Below, piece by piece: positions 9,955 to 18,801 of a DNA stretch of 34,076 bases. Origin of the DNA: Fibrobacteria bacterium (GTDB lineage Bacteria; Fibrobacterota; Fibrobacteria; UBA11236); contig JBJHDK010000022.1 of the NCBI GenBank assembly GCA_050486505.1, positions 1-34,076 of the forward strand, in the 5' to 3' direction. Each line of letters starts with the position of its first letter. Position 1 is the first letter of the stretch. Position numbers and translations under genes: made by a program. The notes below the pieces were generated by a model, which saw only the letters and a list, made by a program, of their open reading frames with translations, had not been told where the DNA came from and made no database searches.

Positions 9955-11151
9955 TTATCTGCGCCGGCGTGCCGGTTGCCCCCAGACGCTGACCCCCACG
10001 ACGGAGGCCGACACCTTCACGTAGTCTTCCTGGAAAAAGGTATTACCGTCATGGCTGCGGTGTCCATATTTCAGGGCGACATCGAGCTGGTGTCCGCGCG
10101 GACCCAAGGGCACGCCGGCCCCTGCGGTGACGTAGATCTCCGGAGTTTCACGCAGGTAGAGCACCTTGTGGCCCGCGCCGGCGCGCCATGCGGTGCGTTT
10201 CAAAGCACCGTCGAAAGGGCTTGAGGATCCTGCGAACTCGTATCCGATCCCGGCCTGCCAGGCCGGGTTGACGGCGCCGATCCGCTCCCAGTCCTCGTAG
10301 ATGAAGTCGAAGGCCACGAGATGGCGGTCCGCCGCCTTCCAGCCGATGCCGGCGGCGAAGACGCGCGGCAGGTTACCGGTGGTGTCGGGCAGGGGGTCGG
10401 AGAGCAGTCCGCTCGTGCTCCGGGTCCGCTCCGAGGTCAGTTCGGCGGAATGGCTGTAGGAAAGGGCCAGGTCGACATGCGATGTCCGCAGGGTGGCTGA
10501 AAGAGTGGGGTAGCTTCCCAGATGGCTGATCTCGAGGGTATCGCCTTCGAGTTGATCCGCTTCGGGCGGGGCGATCCCGGAGAAATCCGCCGTGCGGATG
10601 AAGCGGTCGCGGCCCAGCGCGATGTTCTGGGAGACCCCCAGCGCCAGCCACGACAGCGGGGAGTACCCCCAACTCACTCCCAGCACGTACATGCCGCCTT
10701 CGGCGGTATACCGCTGTTCGGGTTGTGTCCCGCTTCCCGGATTGCGGGCTTCGAAATTGCGAAGGTGGGTTTGCTGGTAATAGGCGCCGAAGGTTCCGAA
10801 ATTGCGGGTCTTGAACAGGGTCGCGAGCGTCGGAAACGTCCCCGTGGCCATGCGCGTCGAGTGGTCGTCGTCCCGCAGCCAGTCCAGATCGTTCTCGAGG
10901 GTCGCGATGAAGGCGGTCTTTTCAAAAAAGGCCGTGCGGCTCACGTTGAGCGGAACGAATCCGTGCGGGGTGACGGCCGCCAGGCCGCCTTCGCCCATGG
11001 CGCGCTCGCGCGAGCCCGATTGGGCGATGGGCATTCCGAAGCCTTCGGGGTGCACCGAGAGGGGAGAGAACTCCGCACGGGTATTTCCGGGCAGGATGGC
11101 GAGGACGGCGAGCGTGGCCGCGGCCAGCGTGCGGTGCGGGCACAGGGTCAT
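9955..11151 (-). CDS. Outer-membrane beta-barrel protein (FadL/long-chain fatty acid transporter-like fold)
   Basis: Signal peptide, N-terminal SPLS...FG...RERAMGEGGLA hatch-like motif, alternating amphipathic strands (LPRVFAAGIGW, WQAGIGYEF, WRAGAGH); overlaps the upstream lipoprotein stop by 4 nt. Confidence 0.65.
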   Translation of the reverse strand: MTLCPHRTLAAATLAVLAILPGNTRAEFSPLSVHPEGFGMPIAQSGSRERAMGEGGLAAVTPHGFVPLNVSRTAFFEKTAFIATLENDLDWLRDDDHSTRMATGTFPTLATLFKTRNFGTFGAYYQQTHLRNFEARNPGSGTQPEQRYTAEGGMYVLGVSWGYSPLSWLALGVSQNIALGRDRFIRTADFSGIAPPEADQLEGDTLEISHLGSYPTLSATLRTSHVDLALSYSHSAELTSERTRSTSGLLSDPLPDTTGNLPRVFAAGIGWKAADRHLVAFDFIYEDWERIGAVNPAWQAGIGYEFAGSSSPFDGALKRTAWRAGAGHKVLYLRETPEIYVTAGAGVPLGPRGHQLDVALKYGHRSHDGNTFFQEDYVKVSASVVGVSVWGQPARRRR

Positions 11152-12986
11152 TGCGCGGACTCCAGGGGGAAGAGGTAGACCTCGAGACCGACGCGCAGGG
11201 TGTCGTTCTCGCGCGGAAAGTCGATTTCACCGAAGACGGGGTAGGATACGCGGCGATGGCTGATGCCTCCGACCGTCGTGGTATCGAAGGCCGCGCGCTC
11301 GACGCCGCGGAGGAAGAGGTCGGGAACCACGGGGGCGCCGGGGCCTGCATTGCGGTTCAGCAAGGTACGCATGCCGCGGGTGGCCCGCACCCGCAGTGAG
11401 TCGCCCCCGGGGTTCCAGAAACGGCGCGTCAGCTGTTGATGCAGGGTGATCTCGCGACCCGTGGAGTCGAGGATGGCACGCGACTCGTTTACCTGCTGCG
11501 CGCTGAAAAAGACTTCGAGCGACGCGTTCTCGGCGGACGGGGTGAAACCGATGGTCAGCGGCAGCAGCCAACCCGATCTCCGGCGCAGGGTCAACTCGCG
11601 GCGGCGTTCATCGGGCGCGACGATGAAGGTATCCGCGGTTGAGGATTCGCGCGCCCAGCGGAACAGGACCTGGCGAAGCGCGGTGTCCACCGGATGCGCC
11701 CTGTAGGTCGCGAGCAAGGTATCGAGCGGCACGGAGGCGTAGGTGCCGCCGCCCAGCACGGGAAGGCGCAGGCTGTCGTCGAGTGCGAGCCCGATGCTTC
11801 CGAAACCCGCATCGTCGCGGTCGAGACTGTCGATGTCGGAACGCAGCTGCATGTCGAGGGCGTAGGGGCCGTCGACCCGCGCCAGTGAATCGGCAAGCGG
11901 CAGGCGGATGGCGGCGTAGGGGACGAAGAAACGGCGGTCGAATTCCCCGGACGGCGCGGAGGGCAGGGAAACCCCCATGCCTTGCAGGCGCGCCTCGATG
12001 CTGTCGAGCAGGCGCCCGCGATTCAGGCGGAGGTGCACCCCGCGCGAGACCCCGTAGAGCAGGGAGCGGGTCGAGGCGCCGGTGAACTCAACGGAGTAGT
12101 TGGTGGCGGGGGTGTTCGCGAAGCCGCTCCGGTACGGGACGAGCAAGGTGCCCACGCTGCCGAGGCTGTCGGGATTGTGGCGGCCGAGCCAGAGCCCCGT
12201 GGCGTAGCGCCTGCGGTCGGCATCGCGCAGGCCGATCGCGCGCAGGTCGAACCTGAAGAGCCCGGAGTCGGATTCGGTCAGCGGCGAGAGCTCGAGATAG
12301 ATCATCCAGTTCGAGGTGGTGTCGGTGCGCAGGCGCTCGTGCAGGTTGGGAAGCGCGAATGCCTGCGAGGAATCTTGCGCGATTCCGCTGTCGGGGTAGG
12401 CCGCGGAGGGAGCAACGCGGATGGTGTCGCGCACGCGGTGGGCCAGGGGAAAGGTCGAGAACGGCACGGGCTGAAAGAGGGCGCGACGGTGGTATGCATT
12501 CAGGGTATCGCGGTAGGCTTGCCCGCTGCCGTTCCAGGCGAAGGTTTCCACCAACAACGCCAGCGAATCGCGTCCCTGCACCGACTCGCGCAGGAACCTG
12601 CTTCCGACGACATTCGCCAACGGGATCGCGGACAGTCGCAGGTGCACCCCGTTCGCGAGGCTGTCGCGCTGCGAGCGTGTTCCGACCTGGAAGCCCAGGC
12701 GCGCCCGCGCAACGTGGTCGCTCTCGCGCCCGACGACAAGCAGGGATTCACCGAAGTGATTGAGGGGGATTTCGGTGGCGAACACGCTGTCGACGGGGAA
12801 CGAGGGGAAGTCGAGATGGTAGAGGGGGGCGCCGAGCCTGATTCCGCGCTCCGCGTCGAGGTATCCGAGGCCGGCCTGGCCGGGGCTTTGGCCGCAGCCG
12901 GCCAGAAGGCCGACAGCAAGGAGCGCGCAGGCCGCCTGCGCGGGAAGACGGGCGCGTGAACGCGCCGGGCGGGAACAGGAATTCAT
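11148..12986 (-). CDS. Lipoprotein of unknown function
   Basis: Lipobox LLAVGLLAG-C after an Arg-rich N-region; start at ATG 12986, downstream of a TATATTTG promoter-like motif (13011-13018). Confidence 0.7.
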   Translation of the reverse strand: MNSCSRPARSRARLPAQAACALLAVGLLAGCGQSPGQAGLGYLDAERGIRLGAPLYHLDFPSFPVDSVFATEIPLNHFGESLLVVGRESDHVARARLGFQVGTRSQRDSLANGVHLRLSAIPLANVVGSRFLRESVQGRDSLALLVETFAWNGSGQAYRDTLNAYHRRALFQPVPFSTFPLAHRVRDTIRVAPSAAYPDSGIAQDSSQAFALPNLHERLRTDTTSNWMIYLELSPLTESDSGLFRFDLRAIGLRDADRRRYATGLWLGRHNPDSLGSVGTLLVPYRSGFANTPATNYSVEFTGASTRSLLYGVSRGVHLRLNRGRLLDSIEARLQGMGVSLPSAPSGEFDRRFFVPYAAIRLPLADSLARVDGPYALDMQLRSDIDSLDRDDAGFGSIGLALDDSLRLPVLGGGTYASVPLDTLLATYRAHPVDTALRQVLFRWARESSTADTFIVAPDERRRELTLRRRSGWLLPLTIGFTPSAENASLEVFFSAQQVNESRAILDSTGREITLHQQLTRRFWNPGGDSLRVRATRGMRTLLNRNAGPGAPVVPDLFLRGVERAAFDTTTVGGISHRRVSYPVFGEIDFPRENDTLRVGLEVYLFPLESAQ

Positions 12987-13092
12987 GCAGTCATCTCGCG
13001 GAAAGAAGGGCAAATATACACAGGAGGGAGCGTCGCGCCCTCGCGTGCCGCGCTCTTTCGCGCGTGCGCCCGCTTTCCTACCTTGCGCGCCC

Positions 13093-14418
13093 ATGAAACC
13101 GTTCTCCGCACGCTTCCGGGGCACCCGGGCGCACTCGACCCACTCCCTCGACGAAGTTCTCTACCGTGACGCGGAAGGCGGCCTGCTCGAGGTCGAACAC
13201 GACATGGAGGCGCTGCGCCAGACGCCTCCCGACGAGTGGAGGGCGCTCTTCGAGGCGCGGAGCGGTTCCCATCGCTGGCCCTTCGCCTCGGGCATCTGGG
13301 GCAAGAAGGAATGGGTTCTCCCCGAGATCGATGACGAGGACATCGTGTCCCTCAACGAGGGGTGGACCAACCTTTTTTACGCGCGGCGTCTCGGTGAGCA
13401 GCTTGGGTTGAAGGACCTGTGGGTGAAGCTGTGCGGCAACAGCCACACGGGCTCATTCAAGGATCTTGGCATGACGGTGCTGGTTTCGCAGGTGAACCGC
13501 ATGCGGAAACTGGGAATGCCGATCAGGGCGGTTGCCTGTGCCTCCACGGGAGACACTTCCGCGGCGCTGGCCGCCTACTGCGCCGCCGCGGGGATTCCGT
13601 CCGTCGTGTTTTTGCCCAGCGGCAAGGTCAGCGTGGCCCAGCTCATCCAGCCCATCTCCAACGGGTCGATCGTGCTTTCGCTCGACACCGATTTCGACGG
13701 CTGCATGAAAATCGTGCAGGAAGTGACGCAGGACAAGAGCCTGTATCTCGCCAACTCCATGAACTCCCTGCGCATCGAGGGGCAGAAGACCATCAGCTTC
13801 GAGATCTGCCAGCAGTTCGGCTGGGAAGTCCCCGACGTGCTCGTGATCCCCGGAGGAAACCTCGGCAACGTGTCGGCCCTGGGCCGCGGCTTCGACATGA
13901 TGCTGGAACTCGGCCTGATCACGAAGCGCCCCCGCATCGTGGTGGCCCAGGCCGCCAACGCGAACCCCCTCTTTCTCGCCTACCAGCGCGGCTTCGACAA
14001 GCTGGAACCCGTCACCGCGAAGAAGACGGAGGCGTCGGCGATCCAGATCGGGAACCCGGTCAGCTACGAGCGCGCGGTGAAGATTCTGAAGCAGTACAAC
14101 GGCGAAGTCTATGAGGTGACCGAACAGCAACTCGCCGACGCGGCGCATCGCGCCGATTTGACGGGCCTGTACTGCGATCCTCACACCGGGGTGGCCCTGG
14201 GCGCGCTGGAACAGATGGTGGCGGCGAAGCGCGTCGATCCCGGCGAGCGGGTGGTGATCGTCTCGACCGCGCATGGGTTGAAATTCTCGGAGTTCAAGAC
14301 GCGGTACCACAAGCGGGAATTGGCCGGAGTCGAATCCACGTACGCGAATCCGGTCGTTCGCTGCGCCGCCGATGTCGGCATGGTGCAGGATGCGCTGGCG
14401 AAGAGGCTGGGGAATTGA
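13093..14418 (+). CDS. thrC: Threonine synthase (PLP fold II)
   Basis: SHTGSFKDLGM PLP lysine, CASTGDTSAALAAY, NSMNSLRIEGQKT, PGGNLGN, ASAIQIGNPVS, STAHGLKF. Confidence 0.95.
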   Translation: MKPFSARFRGTRAHSTHSLDEVLYRDAEGGLLEVEHDMEALRQTPPDEWRALFEARSGSHRWPFASGIWGKKEWVLPEIDDEDIVSLNEGWTNLFYARRLGEQLGLKDLWVKLCGNSHTGSFKDLGMTVLVSQVNRMRKLGMPIRAVACASTGDTSAALAAYCAAAGIPSVVFLPSGKVSVAQLIQPISNGSIVLSLDTDFDGCMKIVQEVTQDKSLYLANSMNSLRIEGQKTISFEICQQFGWEVPDVLVIPGGNLGNVSALGRGFDMMLELGLITKRPRIVVAQAANANPLFLAYQRGFDKLEPVTAKKTEASAIQIGNPVSYERAVKILKQYNGEVYEVTEQQLADAAHRADLTGLYCDPHTGVALGALEQMVAAKRVDPGERVVIVSTAHGLKFSEFKTRYHKRELAGVESTYANPVVRCAADVGMVQDALAKRLGN

Positions 14419-14504
14419 GTTATGAGTTATGAGTCGTGAGTGATGAAACAAGATGAGGCTTCATCTTTACCCGCAACTCATAACTCACATAACTCATAAC
14501 TCAT
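14416..14504. repeat. Inverted heptamer-array element (TGAGTTA)n ... (TAACTCA)n with an inner hairpin
   Basis: tgagtta tgagtta tgagtcg tgagtga ... aagatga-ggct-tcatctt ... caactca taactca cataactca taactca, between convergent thrC and PorV-like genes. Confidence 0.85.
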
Positions 14505-14506
14505 CC

Positions 14507-15700
14507 CTACTCCTCCAGAATCTCGATCAATTCCCCCTCCTCCAGTTCATCGCCCCAGTCATCCCATTCCTGGCCGGTCGTTGTGTCGGGTGTCGTCGTG
14601 TCGCGCGCAGGACGCCCGGGGACGTAGGGAGAAGGGTAGTACTCGCGGGAGGCGCGGGGGCGTTCCTCGCGCGGGCGGAAGTTGCGCCCGTCGAAGTTGG
14701 GAAACGCCGGAGTGAATTGCAGAGCCACGCGATGGCTCTCGTCGAGGTACGGATGCGCGGCGAAGGCGTAGTCGATGCCCACGATGTTGCGCCAGTTGTA
14801 GCCGATGCCCAACCGCGCCGAGGAGGACCAGGCCGCAGGAGCAAGTTCGTCGAAGCCCGCGCGCAGGCTCAGGCCGAAGTCGAAGTTGAACTCCGCGCCG
14901 ACGCTCGCGGTGCGCAAGGCCGCTGCGGGAGACGTGAGGGCCCGCTCGCCGTCGAGGTGGCGTGATGAGCGGCCGCCTTCCTGCAGCAGTCCGCGGGTTT
15001 CGATGCCTGCCTGAAGTGCCCCGTAGAAATAGGGAACATCCCAGCGTCCGGCAGCGAACAAGGAAGCCTCCGGAGCTTCGTATTCCGCGTGCCCCGACTC
15101 CCAGCGTGCCATCGAAGGGACGAGGCCCCGCACGTGCGTGCCGAAGCGGTAGCGCCGGTCGAAAGTGTATTGAGCCATGGCATCGGCCCGCAGGCCCATC
15201 CCGGTCTGGTCGAGTTGGCGGCGCAAAAGATGCACGGAACCGCCCACGTCGAAGGCGCCGAAGCGCCGGGCCATGGAGCCGGTGACCACCCAGTCGGAGG
15301 TCGTGAACAGGCCGTCGGGTGTCGCGCTGACAGGACCCGGAGTCTCGACGCGGTGTTCCACGTCGGCGACGGCATAGCGTGCCACGCCGAAGCCGAGCGT
15401 CCCTTGCGCGTGCCAGGGCACGAGGACGGCGAAGTTGTCGAATGTGGCCAAGCCGAACTGCTCGGCATGCGCGGTGGAAAACGTGAAATGGTCGACGTCG
15501 TTCATCGATGCGGGAGCGTTGACGACGGCGTCGGCTCCCTGCGCGAACCCGGCCCGGCTCAAGGCCATGCCGTGGTGGCGCGCCCCGAACCCTTCGTCGG
15601 CGGTGAGGTTCACGCCTGAAACCCGCTCAAAGGCATCGACGGAGAACGCCGCTGCGAGCAGGACAGGCACGATGAGGCGGGCAGGGCGTGGCGCGGGCAT
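14507..15700 (-). CDS. PorV/PorQ-family outer-membrane barrel (T9SS-associated family) with acidic C-terminal tail
   Basis: Signal peptide; GFGARHHGMA...DAVVNAPASM resembles the GxGARxxGMG...YWNPAGL motif; C-terminal GIDYAF...LDESHRVAL. Confidence 0.7.
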   Translation of the reverse strand: MPAPRPARLIVPVLLAAAFSVDAFERVSGVNLTADEGFGARHHGMALSRAGFAQGADAVVNAPASMNDVDHFTFSTAHAEQFGLATFDNFAVLVPWHAQGTLGFGVARYAVADVEHRVETPGPVSATPDGLFTTSDWVVTGSMARRFGAFDVGGSVHLLRRQLDQTGMGLRADAMAQYTFDRRYRFGTHVRGLVPSMARWESGHAEYEAPEASLFAAGRWDVPYFYGALQAGIETRGLLQEGGRSSRHLDGERALTSPAAALRTASVGAEFNFDFGLSLRAGFDELAPAAWSSSARLGIGYNWRNIVGIDYAFAAHPYLDESHRVALQFTPAFPNFDGRNFRPREERPRASREYYPSPYVPGRPARDTTTPDTTTGQEWDDWGDELEEGELIEILEE

Positions 15701-15715
15701 CGGGGGGAAGGTACA

Positions 15716-15876
15716 AAGAGAGTGTAGAGTGGACAGTATACAGTGAACAGTGGGCAATGCGGTATTAATCAATAGGGGGGGCATGGTATGAGTGTTTTTG
15801 CTTGGCATGATCGATCTTGAAGATATCCCATAACCGCCTCCGGTCGATCACTGTCCACTGCTCACTGTACACTGTC
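15716..15876. repeat. Inverted heptamer-array element B (same family as element A, opposite orientation)
   Basis: gtagagt ggacagt atacagt gaacagt gggcaat ... cactgtc cactgct cactgta cactgtc; shares CATTGCCCACTGT (as reverse complement) with element A. Confidence 0.8.
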
Positions 15877-15896
15877 TACTTACCTTTCACCCCCGT

Positions 15897-16340
15897 ATGA
15901 ACCCGTCCTATCCCATCCCCACCGTCGGCGGGTTGTTGCGCGATGCGGAGGGTGCTGTGTTGCTCGTGCGCACGCGCAAGTGGTCCGATTTGTGGGGGAT
16001 CCCCGGTGGCAAGGTTGAGATGGGGGAATCCCTGCAAGACGCGTTCCTCAGGGAACTCCGCGAGGAAACGGGTCTTCGCGCGGAGAACCCCATGCTGGTC
16101 ATGGTGCAGGAGGCGATCAACCATCCCGAGTTCCACCGCCCCGCGCACTTCGTGCTGATCAATTATGTTGCCGATGTTTCGGGCGCGCGGCCCCCGGTCA
16201 CGCTCAACGACGAGGCGTACGACTTCGTCTGGACGTCCCTCGCGGAGGCCCTGCGCATGGAGCTTAACGGTCCCACGCGCACGCTGCTCGAAAAGATCCG
16301 TGACGAACGGAAGAAAGGAAACACGGTTTGGATACGCTGA
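15897..16340 (+). CDS. NUDIX hydrolase, candidate dihydroneopterin triphosphate pyrophosphatase
   Basis: Nudix box PGGKVEMGESLQDAFLRELREETGL; overlaps folB. Substrate inferred from context only. Confidence 0.85.
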   Translation: MNPSYPIPTVGGLLRDAEGAVLLVRTRKWSDLWGIPGGKVEMGESLQDAFLRELREETGLRAENPMLVMVQEAINHPEFHRPAHFVLINYVADVSGARPPVTLNDEAYDFVWTSLAEALRMELNGPTRTLLEKIRDERKKGNTVWIR

Positions 16341-16690
16341 GCATCCGCGACCTGCGCATCTCCTGCATCGTCGGGGTGTATCCCGATGAGCGCAAGCGCG
16401 AGCAGGACATTTTCGTCGACATCGACATGCATTTCGACTTCGCGCGCGTCGCGGAGTCGGACCACCTCGCCGACACGGTGGACTACACCGACGTCGCCGT
16501 CGATCTCGCCGACTTCGTGCGCGCGGAACGTTTTCAGATCATCGAGACGCTGGCGCGCCGCGCGGCCGCGCGCATCCTTGCCCGGCATCCCGTGCTGACG
16601 AAGTGCCGCCTCGTCATCCGCAAGCCCGCGGCCGTGCCGCACGCGCAAGGCGCGGTGGTCACGGTGGAGCGCGTGCGGGAGCCGGCATGA
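16328..16690 (+). CDS. folB: Dihydroneopterin aldolase
   Basis: IVGVYPDERKREQ, SDHLADTVDY, FQIIETLA, IRKPAAV; TTG start after AAAGGA. Confidence 0.92.
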   Translation: MDTLSIRDLRISCIVGVYPDERKREQDIFVDIDMHFDFARVAESDHLADTVDYTDVAVDLADFVRAERFQIIETLARRAAARILARHPVLTKCRLVIRKPAAVPHAQGAVVTVERVREPA

Positions 16691-17472
16691 AGACGGCGCT
16701 GGTCACCGGCTCGGCGCGCCGCCTTGGCCGCGAGATCGCCCTGCGGCTGGCCGCCTCCGGCTACTTCACCTGCGTCCACTATCGCGGGTCGCGCGCTGCG
16801 GCCGACGGTGCGCTCAAGGCGATCCGCAAGGCGGGCGGCGACGGCGCGGTCGTCAGCGGAGACCTCGGAAGCCCCGAGGGCGTGCGCGAGATCGTCGCGG
16901 GAGCCCGGGCCGCCCTGGGTTCGAAATTCCGGCTCGACGTTCTCGTCAACAACGTGGGGATCTATCCCACCGGCCCGCTGGAGGGTTTCGACCCCGACAG
17001 CTTCGACGAAGTGCTGCGCGTGAACCTTTCGGGCTGCCATCGCCTCATTCAGATGCTGCACCCGAACCTGCGCAAGGGCGGAAGCATCATCAACATCGGC
17101 TACGCGGGCATCGACAGCCTCACGGCCACCACGCACAACACCGCGTACATGATTTCGAAAAGCGGCCTGCTCATTCTCACGAAGTCGCTGGCCATGGCAC
17201 TCGGGCCGCGCGGCATCCGCGTCAACATGGTCTCGCCGGGCATCCTCACCAACAGCGTCGAGCTTCCTGACGATCCTGCCGACTTCATTCCCATGGAACG
17301 CCTCGGCACCACGGGAGAGGTCGCCGACGCGGTGGAGTTCCTTGTCGGCGACAAGGCCCGCTACATCACGGGGGTCAACCTCGACGTGGCGGGCGGGTAC
17401 CACCTGGCGTTGCGGTCGTTGGAATCAACCGCCCCGCGTGTGTCCACACGGCGTCCCCGGACACAGGGCTGA
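16687..17472 (+). CDS. Short-chain dehydrogenase, pteridine/dihydrofolate reductase-like (FolM/PTR1/Thermus TmpR type)
   Basis: TGSARRLG, VHYRGS, LVNNVG, NIGYAG, YMISK, SPG..NSV, IPMER, VAGG; ATGA overlap with folB. Confidence 0.8.
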   Translation: MKTALVTGSARRLGREIALRLAASGYFTCVHYRGSRAAADGALKAIRKAGGDGAVVSGDLGSPEGVREIVAGARAALGSKFRLDVLVNNVGIYPTGPLEGFDPDSFDEVLRVNLSGCHRLIQMLHPNLRKGGSIINIGYAGIDSLTATTHNTAYMISKSGLLILTKSLAMALGPRGIRVNMVSPGILTNSVELPDDPADFIPMERLGTTGEVADAVEFLVGDKARYITGVNLDVAGGYHLALRSLESTAPRVSTRRPRTQG

Positions 17473-17474
17473 CC

Positions 17475-18668
17475 ATGCAGCGCACCCCAGGATCCCCCCT
17501 CCTCTCCGGATACATCGAGGGATACTACGGGCGCCTGCCGACCTTCGAGGAACGCCTCGGCATCGTGTGCAAGCTGCGCGAGATCGGCGCCGGGCACTAT
17601 CTCTACGCGCCCAAGGAAGATCCGTACCACCGGCAGGATTGGCGCGCGCCGTATCCGGCCGCATGGCGCGCGGAGTTCCGCGAGTTCGCATTGCGGTCCC
17701 GCAGGCTCGGTGTGCGCGTGGTGCCCGGTATCGCTCCGGGGCTGAGCTATCGCTATCACAAGCTTGAGGACTTCGACGCGCTGCATCGCAAGCTCGCGTC
17801 GCTTCTCGTGCCCGGCTGCGACGAGGCCGCGCTGTTGATGGACGACATCCCCGACGCGCTGCCCGAAGGCGATCGTAACGCGTTTCGCTCTCTCGGTCAC
17901 GCGCACAGCATCGTGCTGCGCAAGCTGTGGGAGCGCCTGCGGAAGCGTGGCTTGCGCCGCTTGTGGTTCTGCCCCACGGTGTATACCGAACGCTTCGCGG
18001 GAGGCCGGCTGACCGACTGCGCCTATCTGCAGGACCTTGTCCCCGCGCTCGTCCCCGGCGTCGAGTTGATGTGGACCGGGCCCGAGATCGTTTCACCGTC
18101 GTATCCCGCCCGCGGGCTGGTCGCGCTGCGCAAGGTGACGGGTGTCCGTCCCGTGTTGTGGGACAACCTTTATGCGAACGACTATTGCCCCGGCAAGATC
18201 TTCCTCGGCCCGTTTCACGACCGCCCTGCGTCGCTGCGCAACGCGACGCGCGGGCTTCTGCTGAATCCCACCGGGTTGCATCACACGGACATGTTCCATC
18301 TGGAGTTGTTGGGGGGATTTTTGCGCGGCGAGCCCTCCACAAGGGTCTGGAAGCAGGCGCTGCGCGCGCACGGCGTTCCCGGGGAGTTCCTCGCGGTCGC
18401 CCCGTTGCTTGCGTCTCCCTTCACCCGCATGGATGCGAAGGCCTTGGGCCCCGCGAAGGTGCGCGCGTTCAGGGGCGCCCTGAAGCCGCTGCTGTGGGAG
18501 TGGAAATCGCCCCTGCAGCGCGAGTGGTACCCGTACCTCTACGCGCTCGATGGCGACCTGCGCCTGTTGCAGGGAGGCTCCGACGCACCGGACGAGGCGT
18601 GGATCCGGAAGAAGTATTCGATGCCGATGGAGATGAGATTGAGGAGACAGGTAACAGGTAACAGGTAA
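17475..18668 (+). CDS. GH84 beta-N-acetylglucosaminidase (O-GlcNAcase-like), no signal peptide
   Basis: GYIEGYYG, YLYAPKEDPYHR..W, catalytic LLMDDIP, FCPTVY, WTGPEI, WDNLYANDY...IFLGP. Confidence 0.88.
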   Translation: MQRTPGSPLLSGYIEGYYGRLPTFEERLGIVCKLREIGAGHYLYAPKEDPYHRQDWRAPYPAAWRAEFREFALRSRRLGVRVVPGIAPGLSYRYHKLEDFDALHRKLASLLVPGCDEAALLMDDIPDALPEGDRNAFRSLGHAHSIVLRKLWERLRKRGLRRLWFCPTVYTERFAGGRLTDCAYLQDLVPALVPGVELMWTGPEIVSPSYPARGLVALRKVTGVRPVLWDNLYANDYCPGKIFLGPFHDRPASLRNATRGLLLNPTGLHHTDMFHLELLGGFLRGEPSTRVWKQALRAHGVPGEFLAVAPLLASPFTRMDAKALGPAKVRAFRGALKPLLWEWKSPLQREWYPYLYALDGDLRLLQGGSDAPDEAWIRKKYSMPMEMRLRRQVTGNR

Positions 18669-18672
18669 CAGG
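18647..18672 (+). repeat. Heptamer tandem repeat (ACAGGTA), about 3.7 copies, overlapping the GH84 stop codon
   Basis: acaggta acaggta acaggta acagg. Confidence 0.85.
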
Positions 18673-18739
18673 CGCGGACGGTGTATCGGGACCGGAACAC
18701 CAGGGGGCGGTCACGGCACTCGACCTGCGACTCCCAATC

Positions 18740-18774
18740 AAAAAAAGCCCTGCGGATTTCCGCGGGGCTTTTTT
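18740..18774. terminator. Bidirectional intrinsic terminator
   Basis: AAAAAAAGCCCTGCGGA-TT-TCCGCGGGGCTTTTTT between convergent GH84 and FKBP genes. Confidence 0.88.
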
Positions 18775-18801
18775 GTTCCATCCCCGGTCGGGGGTGGAGA
18801 G

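Noticed and set aside
18672..18738. Segment ending near CCA after GH84, considered as a tRNA
   Set aside because: No T-loop GTTCRA, no D-arm and no acceptor-stem pairing.
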